IMG/VR virus record: IMGVR_UViG_3300025881_000008
Span: 32,001 to 96,000 of that record
Origin: a virus
Reading direction: 5' to 3' (one strand)
Length of the DNA: 64,000 bases
Under the pieces are notes generated by a model. That model worked only from the letters and a program-made list of their open reading frames with translations, made no database searches and was not told where the DNA came from. The position numbers and the translations under genes are program-made. Of this stretch, positions 1 through 7,724 are shown one piece after another. Position 1 is the stretch's first letter; every line of letters starts with the position of its first letter.

Positions 1-457
1 CAAGTCCTAGATCAGAATTAAATGATAAATTATTTCTATCATTAATAAGACCCTTTACTTTTGCAACAATACTATCTACGTTTTCTGGAGTTACTGCTGT
101 TGTTTTAACAAATTCAACAGTGTCTGTTAATGATATTTCAAATGTGCGGTATTTGATCCATGATTCTGCAGTAGATGTTAACCACTCTTCATCAAATTGA
201 TCTAAATCAACATCAAACACCAAGTTTAATATACCATCCGTAATCTTCTCTTTAGCCTTTTCACTTCTTTGAATTAGCATTGTCAACTGATCCTTCGTAG
301 GAGTCTCGTTAAACCGCTCAAAGAATTTATTAGATAACTGACTTAGAATATCAATCTCCTGTGAAGTATAAAAGCCACTTTTAATGCTTTTTAGATATTT
401 AGTTTTAACTAAAGATAATCTAAAAAATATTTTTTCAAAATCCTCTCCGAATTGCAT
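1..457 (-). CDS. Replicative DNA helicase, T4 gp41/DnaB-like (N-terminal part; runs off the window)
   Basis: Not in ORF track. Manual translation from ATG at 457: MQFGEDFEKIFFRLSLVK...FNETPTKDQL...FDEEWLTSTAESWIK...SFNSDLGL, open to window edge. Resembles the gp41 N-terminus and follows uvsX as in T4-like phages. Confidence 0.75.
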   Translation of the reverse strand, partial: MQFGEDFEKIFFRLSLVKTKYLKSIKSGFYTSQEIDILSQLSNKFFERFNETPTKDQLTMLIQRSEKAKEKITDGILNLVFDVDLDQFDEEWLTSTAESWIKYRTFEISLTDTVEFVKTTAVTPENVDSIVAKVKGLINDRNNLSFNSDLGL

Positions 458-474
458 ATATTTGTTTTATTACT

Positions 475-1050
475 TTATTGTTCTATGCGCATAGCGCCGT
501 TTTGTTTCCCTAATGGTTCTTGTTGCCATAAGTTTATTGCAATAGCTTTTCTAGTGCCGCTGGTTACAGGAGTTACTGCATGTACATATTTGCCAGCATC
601 AAATATAATTAGTCTGTTAGGTTTGGCATAAACAACTTCAGGTGCTTTATCAACACCTTCAGTATAAACCTCTAACATTCCACCTTCAAACTGATCTTGT
701 TCTGGATAATACACTGTACCGATAACTGGTCTTACTATCTCACCCGTTTGAGCAAACAGCTCTTCGTCTTTATCATAGTGATTACCTAGGTTATTACTAA
801 ACCCAGTCTCTGTATTTGCAGTTTGAATACCGGTCCAATACTCAAAGCCCATTAATGAAAACTTAGCAGTAATGGGACAGTTATCGGCCCAAATATAGTC
901 TATAAGTCTTTGCTTAACTGTACGGGCTTCACTGTTCCACCATCCATTCCACCAGTAATAAACACCTGGATCGTTAAAAAACCTTGAATCAGAAGCTATA
1001 TCATTTAATAACTTCTGATCCTTTATAAAATTGTCTATGACTAATATCAT
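475..1050 (-). CDS. 2OG-Fe(II) oxygenase superfamily protein
   Basis: HYD (HxD) motif, GGxL strand, distal H (YVHAV) and R (GTRKAIAIN). Confidence 0.85.
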   Translation of the reverse strand: MILVIDNFIKDQKLLNDIASDSRFFNDPGVYYWWNGWWNSEARTVKQRLIDYIWADNCPITAKFSLMGFEYWTGIQTANTETGFSNNLGNHYDKDEELFAQTGEIVRPVIGTVYYPEQDQFEGGMLEVYTEGVDKAPEVVYAKPNRLIIFDAGKYVHAVTPVTSGTRKAIAINLWQQEPLGKQNGAMRIEQ

Positions 1051-1346
1051 TCAAATGGGTTTGTTTTTATTTTCCAAGATTCTTTACCTGGAACATCATG
1101 TAGTACTTCAACTAAATCTAGGTTAATTAGTTCTTCCATCGAAGTTTTTAAGTGGTCTTCGCTCGTTTCAGGAAACCTATATGTTTTAAGTGCATGCAAT
1201 GTGATATTACCTTTATGCCTATCTGGCATTCTAACACATAACTTAACCTCAGCTAAGAGAACATCTAATCCTGAAGGATAACCACCAATTTCAGCTTCTA
1301 CTCCTAGAATATACTTAATTGGAAGTTTATCTTCATTAATCTTCAT
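1047..1346 (-). CDS. Hypothetical protein, possibly winged-helix
   Basis: 99-aa ORF overlapping both neighbours; helix followed by a terminal beta-hairpin pattern (LINLDLVEV...SWKI). Confidence 0.55.
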   Translation of the reverse strand: MKINEDKLPIKYILGVEAEIGGYPSGLDVLLAEVKLCVRMPDRHKGNITLHALKTYRFPETSEDHLKTSMEELINLDLVEVLHDVPGKESWKIKTNPFE

Positions 1347-2445
1347 CTGCTTCTAGTATTGCATCAATATCGATTTCACGCTCCTCTGTGTTATAATTAA
1401 AGAGGGGTTTAATACGTAGTTCGATTTTCTCTAGTACCTCTTGTGTAAATACCTTTTCTGTAAAGAATTCTGTATTCGGTACTGTTTCATCTAAGTGTTT
1501 ACATATCCAGTTTCTTGCAGTAGATTTAGGTATTTTTACACCCTTCTCAATAGTCCCCTTAGTAATACCAATTTCTTCCCAATCAATATATTGTTCAAGA
1601 CCAACATAACGGTTCATACCTTTAGAGAAATCTAAATGGAATTTAATATTGGTTGGTTTAGCAAAACGATTTTTGTTTGGTTTAGCCGTTACAATAATAC
1701 CTGATCTTTCACCACTAGAATCCTTAAGTTGTGCCTTATTTAAGAATAAAACAATAGAGGCCGCGTACTCTGGTCCTGTACCACCACCTGCAACTTGACG
1801 ACTAATAAAGTCTTGTGTTTGGTACGTGTGGTTTGTGAATAAGAATGGAATCTTAAGATCAGCCATTGGTGTCATAATGATTCGGAAGATAGACTTAAGT
1901 ACTTTAGAACGTGTCATATCTGATTTATCAGAACCTGATCTAGCATCATCGATTTCTTTTTGAGTTGCCAAGTTACCTGCAGAATCAAGAATAATCATGA
2001 TCTTTGGTACTTTACCACCTGCTGCTTTTGCTTCTTGCATTTTACCAGTAATTGTGGTAACTGAAGTTCTAAATTCCTGTACAGTGTTGATCGGTTGGTA
2101 GTTTACTTTACCGATATCAATTCCAAACTTAACCATAAGATCTTTATCTACAGCAGCTTCTGAATCATAGAATACTACGTTATATCCCATATCAATTGCT
2201 CGTTTAACCGAGTTTAAAATCAAATAAGTTTTACCAGTACCTGATGGTCCTGCAATCGAGCAGGTTCTACTGTTAGGCCATCCACCAAAAAGTGAACCAC
2301 TAACACATGCATTTAAGTGATAATTACCAGTGTCGATCCACTCAGTAACTTCACTAAATGTTGAAAATTCCATCACCGATCCTAGTGGATTTAAATCTTT
2401 TAACTCACTATTAATATCGTCAAAACTAAAGTCTTTCTTTGCCAT
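1336..2445 (-). CDS. uvsX: RecA-like recombinase UvsX
   Basis: Walker A GPSGTGKT, YDSE, ILDSAGNL, NHTYQ, GGG-G-Y motifs. Confidence 0.93.
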   Translation of the reverse strand: MAKKDFSFDDINSELKDLNPLGSVMEFSTFSEVTEWIDTGNYHLNACVSGSLFGGWPNSRTCSIAGPSGTGKTYLILNSVKRAIDMGYNVVFYDSEAAVDKDLMVKFGIDIGKVNYQPINTVQEFRTSVTTITGKMQEAKAAGGKVPKIMIILDSAGNLATQKEIDDARSGSDKSDMTRSKVLKSIFRIIMTPMADLKIPFLFTNHTYQTQDFISRQVAGGGTGPEYAASIVLFLNKAQLKDSSGERSGIIVTAKPNKNRFAKPTNIKFHLDFSKGMNRYVGLEQYIDWEEIGITKGTIEKGVKIPKSTARNWICKHLDETVPNTEFFTEKVFTQEVLEKIELRIKPLFNYNTEEREIDIDAILEADED

Positions 2446-2465
2446 ATTGTTCTTTTATATTTTAT

Positions 2466-2493
2466 GTTATATCGCCAAAAGACGATTTGTTTC
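2466..2493 (-). promoter_or_regulatory. Phage promoter GAAAC-N17-TATAAC upstream of uvsX
   Basis: Same spacing recurs at 4821-4848, 9614-9641, 13961-13988, 27120-27147, 27356-27383. Confidence 0.7.
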
Positions 2494-2670
2494 TTATTGT
2501 TCTGGGAATTCTTGGCGCTCTTTAGCGCGAAGGTCGTTTAACTCTTGTAATATAGCACCAGCCTCTTGTTCTAGTTTATTAATTTTAGACTGTACTTCTG
2601 TTAGCCTATTTAAAATTTGATTATAGGCATCAACATACTCCTTTTGCTCTTGTGTTAAATTAACTTCCAT
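2494..2670 (-). CDS. 58-aa coiled-coil hypothetical protein
   Basis: Manual translation MEVNLTQEQKEYVDAYNQILNRLTEVQSKINKLEQEAGAILQELNDLRAKERQEFPEQ*; fills the gap and overlaps the upstream stop. Confidence 0.7.
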   Translation of the reverse strand: MEVNLTQEQKEYVDAYNQILNRLTEVQSKINKLEQEAGAILQELNDLRAKERQEFPEQ

Positions 2671-2827
2671 GATTAAACATATCTAATTGTCCTGGTAATT
2701 GCTCATCTGCAATCTCTTGGCTCTGAGCCTCTTTCATTTTCCAAACAAGTGATCTAACTTTGTTACCAAGATCCATATTGTTTGGGTTTTCTTTCTCTAA
2801 GAGATATAATATTTCTTTTAAGTCCAT
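2660..2827 (-). CDS. 55-aa hypothetical protein with QLDMF motif
   Basis: Manual translation MDLKEILYLLEKENPNNMDLGNKVRSLVWKMKEAQSQEIADEQLPGQLDMFNHGS*; starts 5 nt after the polymerase stop. Confidence 0.7.
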   Translation of the reverse strand: MDLKEILYLLEKENPNNMDLGNKVRSLVWKMKEAQSQEIADEQLPGQLDMFNHGS

Positions 2828-2832
2828 TGTTT

Positions 2833-4041
2833 TTAAAATAATGCCGAAGCGTAAATTAGGTTAGTATCTAGTGTTTGGAGGCCGATGGCTGTCAGTACTC
2901 TGTTTAAAGGATCAATCATTGCCTTTTCAAATTGAGTATCGTAATCAACATGTGGCGCAATTTCATATGGATATTCATTTGGCATAAATGCGTAGACCTC
3001 ACTAATATTACCAATACAATTATAGATCTTTAGCTTTTCACCATTTTGAATGTGTTTATACTTATTCTTATACTTTTTATTATTATTTAAAATATAATTA
3101 TAGTAACCTGCTGCTTTTACGTTAGCTGGGCATTTTAGTCCAATCTGTAATTCTTTCTGATCGTCAATAATATATTGATCAATATTATTAGTTCTCTTAT
3201 TAAATGAAATATCATCAATATCTGCTAGCTTGAATTCCTTTTTACATTTTTTCATAAACTCAACCAGTTGTTGCAATTCTGTTGCCGTTGGTTGTATTTC
3301 TGATGTAAATAAAATTCTAAGACATTCTACTAATTTTTCTCTGGCAAATTTAGGAGTTGAAGACTGTATAGTATCAAAGCCGATGGTCTTTACTTTCTTA
3401 AGTGAAGGGTGCCTGTCAGTTACTTCTAGTTTATCATCCCATGCGATATTCTGAATGTACTTTTTCTTAGACATCCAAATACCATTATATGCTAAAGATT
3501 CAAGTTCAAATATAAGGAAGTTATCAGTGTTTCTTTTCTCTGCATATTTTTCCATACATTTACTAATATAATCTTTTAGTCTGAATGCATAGAACGCAAG
3601 AATAAACTCATCAATCTTCAGTTTCTTAGTTTCATCTGGCCATATAATAGATTCGTATAGATCTTGAAACTGTACGTAACATGAATCTGTATCAATGTAG
3701 ATTACCGCAGGTTTCTCAATTTTACCCTTTACTTTAATACCAAATTGTTCATGAACAGCAGTGTCTTTATGCCAGAAATCATTAACATACTTATTAAGAA
3801 TTATTTCTGAATAAAGAATAGCATTTTTACCCTGTTTGGTAATTGACTCAGCGATGTCAAGGTTAAAGAAGTGAAACCACTTGTTACCAAATGCACCGTA
3901 GATAGAGTTAAGAGTTAACTTAACCGCTTGCTCGTATGCAGTGTATTTGGCAGAAAGCTGCTTGTAGTGATCTACAAGCAGCTTCGCCTCATCATCTGTG
4001 AGTTGATCGATTGGTTTATTTTCTAACTCTTCGATTGTCAT
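2833..4041 (-). CDS. Family B DNA polymerase, C-terminal subunit (gp43B-like)
   Basis: Motif B KLTLNSIYG, motif C YIDTDS, KKKY motif; lacks exonuclease and motif A. Confidence 0.92.
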   Translation of the reverse strand: MTIEELENKPIDQLTDDEAKLLVDHYKQLSAKYTAYEQAVKLTLNSIYGAFGNKWFHFFNLDIAESITKQGKNAILYSEIILNKYVNDFWHKDTAVHEQFGIKVKGKIEKPAVIYIDTDSCYVQFQDLYESIIWPDETKKLKIDEFILAFYAFRLKDYISKCMEKYAEKRNTDNFLIFELESLAYNGIWMSKKKYIQNIAWDDKLEVTDRHPSLKKVKTIGFDTIQSSTPKFAREKLVECLRILFTSEIQPTATELQQLVEFMKKCKKEFKLADIDDISFNKRTNNIDQYIIDDQKELQIGLKCPANVKAAGYYNYILNNNKKYKNKYKHIQNGEKLKIYNCIGNISEVYAFMPNEYPYEIAPHVDYDTQFEKAMIDPLNRVLTAIGLQTLDTNLIYASALF

Positions 4042-4044
4042 CTA

Positions 4045-4788
4045 TTAGGCTGTTTGGCAAGTTGAAATTGTCAACAAAGTGTGTGAATCATTTGATTCGA
4101 ATACAACTTTGGAATCTGACACATAAACTGTTTGCTCTTCCTTGTCTAATAGATTCAAATACTTCTTGTAAACAGTAACTTTACCGTTACCATTTGTATC
4201 TGGCGTAAGCACTACGTTAAATGACTTACCATTTACATTGATCCCCGCAACATCAGATTTGATACCGAATGTCTCATCCTTGTCCAATGAGAATAGATTT
4301 TTAACTTTACCAATTGAGTGTGTGTCCAATTTAAAGTCAAACTGTGAATCGGTTCGTGCGAAAATCGCATCGCGTTGCTCTTGTGAGAGATCTTTAAAGC
4401 CTAATGATGGCTCAGAACAAGATAGTGTAATTTCCAGTTCGTCATTAAAAATACGAAGTGTAGAAGCTACAAACTCTTCGTCATTCTCGATGAATTCCAA
4501 CTCACCTTTAATAGCATCATGCTCAAAGTGCTTGATGGCTTCAATAACTCGATTACCTTCAAAGAAAGCAATTTTCATCTCCTTGTCAGTGTCAGGCCAT
4601 TCGCTTACTTGAAAAATGGTATCAGCTTGAATAGAGTGGTGTTTTACAGCATCTCGTTGTGGAAGATAAACTGTTGATTGGATTTGACCATCTTTAATTT
4701 TCATATAAATGAAAGAGTCAATAAGTTTAACACGATTGATAAACTCTGTTAATGCATGTTGATCAATGCGATCGATTTGTAATTTCAT
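4045..4788 (-). CDS. Sliding clamp, gp45-like
   Basis: 247 aa, acidic, two-fold alpha/beta repeat pattern, directly upstream of the polymerase subunit. Confidence 0.65.
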   Translation of the reverse strand: MKLQIDRIDQHALTEFINRVKLIDSFIYMKIKDGQIQSTVYLPQRDAVKHHSIQADTIFQVSEWPDTDKEMKIAFFEGNRVIEAIKHFEHDAIKGELEFIENDEEFVASTLRIFNDELEITLSCSEPSLGFKDLSQEQRDAIFARTDSQFDFKLDTHSIGKVKNLFSLDKDETFGIKSDVAGINVNGKSFNVVLTPDTNGNGKVTVYKKYLNLLDKEEQTVYVSDSKVVFESNDSHTLLTISTCQTA

Positions 4789-4820
4789 AAATTTATATTT
4801 TTAGATAATGATATTTGAAT

Positions 4821-4848
4821 ATTATACAGAGATCTGTGGAATAGTTTC
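4821..4848 (-). promoter_or_regulatory. Phage promoter GAAAC-N17-TATAAT for clamp and PolB-C
   Basis: - strand reads GAAAC TATTCCACAGATCTCTG TATAAT. Confidence 0.75.
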
Positions 4849-4862
4849 ATTAAAAATGAAGC

Positions 4863-4900
4863 AAAAAAAGGGCAGAGATAGTAGCGAACTTTCTCTGCCC
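4863..4900 (-). terminator. Intrinsic terminator after nrdA
   Basis: 9-bp stem GGGCAGAGA/TCTCTGCCC, 13-nt loop, followed by T7 on the - strand. Confidence 0.85.
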
Positions 4901-4950
4901 AACCCGTTAACTATAACGGTCCTAAGACGTGGTCTTTAAACCACACCTAA
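4863..4950 (-). ncRNA. Structured 3' element complementary to 23S rRNA helix 69-70
   Basis: + strand 4908-4926 TAACTATAACGGTCCTAAG = 23S nt 1911-1929 (E. coli numbering); 4881-4888 GTAGCGAA = nt 1930-1937; three tandem hairpins. Confidence 0.65.
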
Positions 4951-4951
4951 A

Positions 4952-6661
4952 TTATGCTTCGCAGCTTGCACATTCTAAAATATTTCTAGAAAATGATTGT
5001 GCTGAACTTTGACTAAATTGATAGTATAACGTTTTAACTCCTTGTTCATGTGCCTTTAAGTACAATTGATTGATATCTTTAGCAGAAACTGAAGGGTGAA
5101 TCATTAAATTAAGAGATTGAGACTGATCAATAAATTGTTGTCTTTGACCTGCTTGTAAAATTAATTCGCTTGGAGAGATTTCAATAAATGATTTAAAAAC
5201 TGCCCTTGTTGGAAAGTCTAGGTGTTGTACACTTCCATCTTTTTTCAAGATATCTTCCCAAACCGCAGGTGTATTTAAACCATATTTTTCTAATTCCTCT
5301 GTTAAGAATGGATTTTTGTAGATAGTTTTTGACTTAGCCAAATCTTTAATAAAATAATTAGATTTGATTGGTTCAATTCCCATACTTACAGCACCGTGAA
5401 TAAAAGAACTAGATTTAGTAGGTGCAATAGCAACTAATGTTGTATTAGCAAAACCTTTTCTAAGTGATCTATATCCTTTTTCGTCGTGGAGCCACATGGA
5501 AGCTGCATCAGTTTTTTCTTTAAGAGTTTTAAATATCTGGTAGTTTAATTGTTTTGCTTCCAAAGATTCAAATTCAATCAATTTAGATTGGAATAAAGAG
5601 TGGTAACCTAAAACACCAACGCCTAATGCTCTGTGTTGTTCTGCAAAACGGTGTGCTCTTGACATTCCTGGCATATTATATGACTTCTTAACGAATTCGT
5701 CCATAACTGCGTTTAAGAATAGAGTATAAGTCTCGATTGCGTCAGTGTCTTTTAATTCATCCCAATGTAGAAGATTAATAGAACCTAAACAACACACAAA
5801 TGAATTGAATGAATCTGTTGGTAATTGAATCTCACTACATAAATTAGATGCTGTGATTTCAAGACCTAGATCTTTATATGGTGAATTGTTATTTGTAGTA
5901 TCTTTAAACATAATGTATGGAAAACCAAACTCGTTACGTCTTTGGATAACTTTAGCCCATAATTTACGCTTGTCAGCATCTCCGGCTTTCATTTCTTCTA
6001 GCCATTGGTCAGTTACTGTAATACCATATTGAAGATTTTGAATTGGATTACCTTCTGTTCCCATATCTAAGAATTCAGATGCATCTGGGTGTTCAATTGG
6101 TAACCATGCTGCACATGCACCACGTCTAGCTTCTGATTGTTTACACACATCAACTGTAGTGTCATACATTCTTGCGTAGTGAACTGGACCATCTGCTGTT
6201 CCACCTGTAGAAATAGTAGCACCTCTTTCTCTAATATTACCTAAGAAAATTGAGGTTCCTCCGCCATATTTTGACATCATTCCAATTTCTCTACTTCCGT
6301 TCAAGATACTATCTAATGTGTCATCAACATTTGAACCATAACAACTGATTGGAAGTCCTTTGTCCTTTCCAAAGTTAATCCAAACCGGAGTAGACATGCT
6401 ATAAAAGCCTCTTGCCATGTAGTCTTCAAACTTCTTTGCAAAACCTTCAATCTTTAAATACTTTTCTGCGACATTTGCAATGTCTTTAATTCTTTGTTCT
6501 GGAGATTCTGTAATATAACCTCTTGATAAAAATAATCTACTTTCATCATTTAGCCAGTAATATTTTTCTCTGGTATTTATTAAATTTTCTTCTCTGTTCT
6601 CCGCGCGCGGAGTTTGTAAATCTTGCTCTTTTTCAGCAAGAACTTCACTGGCTTTTTCCAT
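4952..6661 (-). CDS. nrdA: Class I ribonucleotide reductase alpha subunit, no ATP-cone
   Basis: PISC, SNLCSEI, APTKSSS, KTLYY and C-terminal CxxC. Confidence 0.95.
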   Translation of the reverse strand: MEKASEVLAEKEQDLQTPRAENREENLINTREKYYWLNDESRLFLSRGYITESPEQRIKDIANVAEKYLKIEGFAKKFEDYMARGFYSMSTPVWINFGKDKGLPISCYGSNVDDTLDSILNGSREIGMMSKYGGGTSIFLGNIRERGATISTGGTADGPVHYARMYDTTVDVCKQSEARRGACAAWLPIEHPDASEFLDMGTEGNPIQNLQYGITVTDQWLEEMKAGDADKRKLWAKVIQRRNEFGFPYIMFKDTTNNNSPYKDLGLEITASNLCSEIQLPTDSFNSFVCCLGSINLLHWDELKDTDAIETYTLFLNAVMDEFVKKSYNMPGMSRAHRFAEQHRALGVGVLGYHSLFQSKLIEFESLEAKQLNYQIFKTLKEKTDAASMWLHDEKGYRSLRKGFANTTLVAIAPTKSSSFIHGAVSMGIEPIKSNYFIKDLAKSKTIYKNPFLTEELEKYGLNTPAVWEDILKKDGSVQHLDFPTRAVFKSFIEISPSELILQAGQRQQFIDQSQSLNLMIHPSVSAKDINQLYLKAHEQGVKTLYYQFSQSSAQSFSRNILECASCEA

Positions 6662-6686
6662 GTTGTGTGTTAAATATTTTTGTTAA

Positions 6687-7667
6687 TTAAAATAAATCGT
6701 CTTCGGTAATTGACTTGCTCTTCTTGTTATAGTCAACCTGCTTTTTATAGAAAAAATCACCCTCTTTAGTAGCTGTGATTTCTACATCGAACCATAGTGT
6801 TTTTTCTAGTTCGGTGAAATCAACATCAAATATTGGTTTCATTCCAATACGAGTTAGTGAATTATTAAATCTGTTTTGTATAAAATTCTTAATGGTATCC
6901 TTAGAAAGAAAGTCAAGCTCTCCTTTTTCAAAGATCCAATCAAGGATTTTAACTTCGGCTTCATATGCCTTTCTACACGCAGAATCAATAAGTTCTTCAA
7001 ACTCTTCATCAAACCATTCAGGGTTCTCTGCTTTAATTATATTGATTATTTCAGATCCAAAATTACCGTGAATTTCTTCTTCTTTAGATGTTGCCTCAAC
7101 TACATTTGAGATACCTTTGAATAGGTTTTTCTCTTTGTTGAAAGACATCATAATTAAGAATTGGCTAAATAAACTTACATGTTCAATAAATAATGAAAAT
7201 AGAAGTACTGATTTGGTGTACATTTTATCATCTCTACTTCTTGTACCGTCTAAATACTTTCTTAAATAAGCTATCCTGTCTTTGATAGCTGGAATTTCTA
7301 CAACATTTTGGAATTCTTTTTCCAAACCTAAAACTCTAAGTAATTGAGCGTATGCATCTTTGTGTCTTACTTCAGACTCTGCAAATGTCATACCAACATC
7401 ACCTACTTCGGTGATTGGCATTCTTTTATAAAGATCTGCCCAAAAAGTTTTAACATTAACTTCAATTTGAGCAATAGCTAACATCGCTCTCTTAATTACT
7501 TCTCTCTCTTGTTTAGAAATTTTTGTCTTGAAGTCGTCAATATCTGTGGTAAAATTAAATTCAGTGTGGATCCAGTATGAGTGTCTAATAGCGTCTTTAT
7601 AAGCTAATAGTTGTGGATATTCGTATGGTAGGATATTAACCCTTGGTGCAAAAATGTTCTTATTCAT
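6687..7667 (-). CDS. nrdB: Class I ribonucleotide reductase beta subunit
   Basis: QIEVNVK, ESEVRHKDAY, FIEHVSLF, KEEEIHG ligand motifs; DFF and C-terminal DDLF. Confidence 0.95.
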   Translation of the reverse strand: MNKNIFAPRVNILPYEYPQLLAYKDAIRHSYWIHTEFNFTTDIDDFKTKISKQEREVIKRAMLAIAQIEVNVKTFWADLYKRMPITEVGDVGMTFAESEVRHKDAYAQLLRVLGLEKEFQNVVEIPAIKDRIAYLRKYLDGTRSRDDKMYTKSVLLFSLFIEHVSLFSQFLIMMSFNKEKNLFKGISNVVEATSKEEEIHGNFGSEIINIIKAENPEWFDEEFEELIDSACRKAYEAEVKILDWIFEKGELDFLSKDTIKNFIQNRFNNSLTRIGMKPIFDVDFTELEKTLWFDVEITATKEGDFFYKKQVDYNKKSKSITEDDLF

Positions 7668-7690
7668 ACAGTTAGTTTATTTTAGTAATT

Positions 7691-7698
7691 TATATATC
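7691..7698 (-). promoter_or_regulatory. Putative late promoter GATATATA upstream of nrdB
   Basis: Motif recurs in about ten intergenic or gene-end positions; similar to the T4 late promoter TATAAATA. Confidence 0.55.
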
Positions 7699-7724
7699 GG
7701 TTAGTGGTTGAGGGTATTGGTAAT

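Noticed and set aside
4881-4926. An rRNA gene fragment or a cloning-vector I-CeuI site
   Set aside because: The match is only 19+8 nt, in permuted order and built into native hairpins and a terminator. Flanks are not rRNA-like, and a vector site would be contiguous. Read-level confirmation is still advisable.
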